Assembly: GCA_038870635.1 (NCBI GenBank) | Contig: JAVZJR010000004.1 | Coordinates: 21,025-85,024 of the forward strand | Origin: Candidatus Bilamarchaeaceae archaeon | GTDB lineage: Archaea > Micrarchaeota > Micrarchaeia > Anstonellales > Bilamarchaeaceae | Reading direction: 5' to 3' | Length of the DNA: 64,000 bases | Shown: positions 62,727 through 64,000 of the stretch, one piece after another | Layout: each line of letters starts with the position of its first letter | Numbering within the stretch: position 1 is the stretch's first letter | Position numbers and translations under genes: made by a program | The notes under the pieces: generated by a model | What the model was told of the DNA's origin: nothing | Seen by the model: the letters and a program-made list of their open reading frames with translations, nothing else | Databases searched by the model: none

Positions 62727-64000
62727 ATGTCCAAAAAAGAAAAAACAGCTGTTTATCTTAATGGAAAATTTATAGGTTATCATCCGGATGGTAAAAGTTT
62801 AGCTCAAAGATTGCGTGAAAGACGAAGAATGAATGAACTTAACTATCAAGTGAACATCTACTATAATGCAAATATAAATGAGCTCCATATAGTAAGCGAT
62901 AAAGGGCGTGTTAGGCGTCCTTACATCGTAGTGGAAAACGGTAAATCTAGATTAACACCAGAGATAATCAATCGTCTTAGGAATAATGAACTTACATGGA
63001 ACCATTTAGTAAGGATGGGTATAATAGAATATCTAGATGCACTTGAAGAAGAGAATGCCTATATAGCTTCAAAGCCAGAGGAGTTAACACCAGAACATAC
63101 TCATCTTGATGTTGATCCTGCGAATATATTTGGTGTAGTCGCATCTATTTTACCTTACTGCGAACATAACTCCTCCCCACGAATTACTATGGCATGTGCT
63201 ATGAGTAAACAGTCTCTTGGTTTGTATAGTGCAAACTTTAATAGCCGTTACGATACGAGAGCTTATGTTATGTACTACCCACAGGAACCTCTGGTGAGGA
63301 CAAACGTCTATAATGCTCTTAATTTAAAAGAAAAAGCAGCCGGTCAGAATTGTGTTGTAGCTCTTTTGAGTTATAAAGGGTATAATTTGGCGGATGCTAT
63401 AGTGGTTAATAAATCTGCTGTTGATCGTGGTCTCTTGAGAACAGTAATGTTTAGAACCTATGAGACTGAAGAGAGAACTTACCCTGGTGGGCAACGTGAT
63501 ATAATTGAACTTCCTACACCTGAAGTGAGCGGGTATAGAGGAGAAGAAGCCTATTCTCATCTTGATGAAGATGGTATAGTTATTCCTGAAAGCGAAGTAA
63601 AAGGAAAAGACGTGCTTGTAGGTAAAACTTCACCACCTCGTTTTCTTGAAGAAATATCAGTTTTTGGTACTGTAGAGGAAAAAAAACGAGAAAGTTCCCT
63701 TGCATTAAAAGTTGGAGAAGAGGGTAAAGTTGATTCTGTGCTTGTAACTGAAAGTTCTACTGGTAATCGTTTAGTAAAAGTAAGAATTCGCTCAGTTAAA
63801 ACTCCAGAAATTGGTGATAAGATAGCTTCACGGCATGGGCAAAAAGGTGTTATTGGTTTGGTAGTACCACACACTGATATGCCATTCACTGAAAGAGGTA
63901 TTGTTCCAGATCTTATAGTCAACCCTCATGCAATACCAAGCCGTATGACTGCTGGCCATCTTCTTGAAATGCTTGGGGGAAAGGCTGGAGCAGTAGGCGG
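62727..64000 (+). CDS. rpoB1: RNA polymerase subunit B' (C-terminal part of split RpoB), partial
   Basis: My translation from the ATG at 62727 gives MSKKEKTAVYLNGKFIG...SPRITMACAMSKQSLG...GQNCVVALLSYKGYNLADAIVVNKSAVDRG...HGQKGV. The frame stays open to the window end. Not listed in the track because there is no stop. Confidence 0.93.
   Translation, partial: MSKKEKTAVYLNGKFIGYHPDGKSLAQRLRERRRMNELNYQVNIYYNANINELHIVSDKGRVRRPYIVVENGKSRLTPEIINRLRNNELTWNHLVRMGIIEYLDALEEENAYIASKPEELTPEHTHLDVDPANIFGVVASILPYCEHNSSPRITMACAMSKQSLGLYSANFNSRYDTRAYVMYYPQEPLVRTNVYNALNLKEKAAGQNCVVALLSYKGYNLADAIVVNKSAVDRGLLRTVMFRTYETEERTYPGGQRDIIELPTPEVSGYRGEEAYSHLDEDGIVIPESEVKGKDVLVGKTSPPRFLEEISVFGTVEEKKRESSLALKVGEEGKVDSVLVTESSTGNRLVKVRIRSVKTPEIGDKIASRHGQKGVIGLVVPHTDMPFTERGIVPDLIVNPHAIPSRMTAGHLLEMLGGKAGAVG

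Noticed and set aside
1-64000. CRISPR arrays, rRNA genes, transposases, integrases and prophage boundaries
   Set aside because: I saw no regularly spaced direct repeats, no rRNA-like conserved blocks and no recognisable recombinase or transposase motifs. The only dispersed repeat found is the 94-nt methyltransferase fragment. A by-eye scan cannot exclude short or diverged repeats.

Overview
This window is a gene-dense, AT-rich archaeal chromosome segment. My hand counts of sampled 60-nt lines give mostly 20-35 % G+C. The archaeal assignment is supported by: an S17-to-L15 ribosomal protein cluster followed by secY, archaeal adenylate kinase and serS (46.5-56.2 kb); the exosome superoperon rrp4-rrp41-rrp42-L37Ae-RpoP-Brix-Pcc1-prefoldin beta (21.2-24.6 kb); L18e-L13-S9-RpoN-tRNA-S2 (34.4-36.9 kb); ftsZ-secE-spt5 (58.9-60.7 kb); and rpoH with a split rpoB (60.9 kb to the window end). 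Also present: aRF1, Hjc, Alba, PEP synthase, class II-like HMG-CoA reductase, a glutamate-type dehydrogenase, a Ca-type P-type ATPase and a Na/Ca exchanger. Small proteins, fragmented operons and many ORFans suggest a reduced-genome, DPANN-like archaeon; that is inference and not shown here. I found no rRNA, CRISPR array, transposase or integrase. Observations not given by the ORF track: (1) three tRNA genes, all interrupted, with four inferred introns in total: one in the T-loop of tRNA-Pro, one in the D-loop plus one in the anticodon loop of tRNA-Gly, and a 39-nt canonical intron in tRNA-Cys; two of the tRNAs sit 7-8 nt after the stop codons of protein genes. (2) Three sub-60-aa genes: a cysteine-less RpoP-like ORF, SecE, and a 49-aa 4xCxxC protein. 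(3) A roughly 145-nt three-helix structured leader in front of rps17. (4) A G+C-richer two-gene island at 1-3.9 kb encoding a secreted protein with murein lytic-transglycosylase-like motifs. (5) A four-gene ORFan island (42.5-46.3 kb) wedged against the ribosomal cluster; one product has a degenerate RIO/Bud32-kinase-like C-terminus. (6) Tandem methyltransferase paralogs, one lacking the SAM glycine loop, plus a 94-nt near-identical remnant of a further copy. No finding is confirmed by any database search; all family calls are motif-level recognition by eye.
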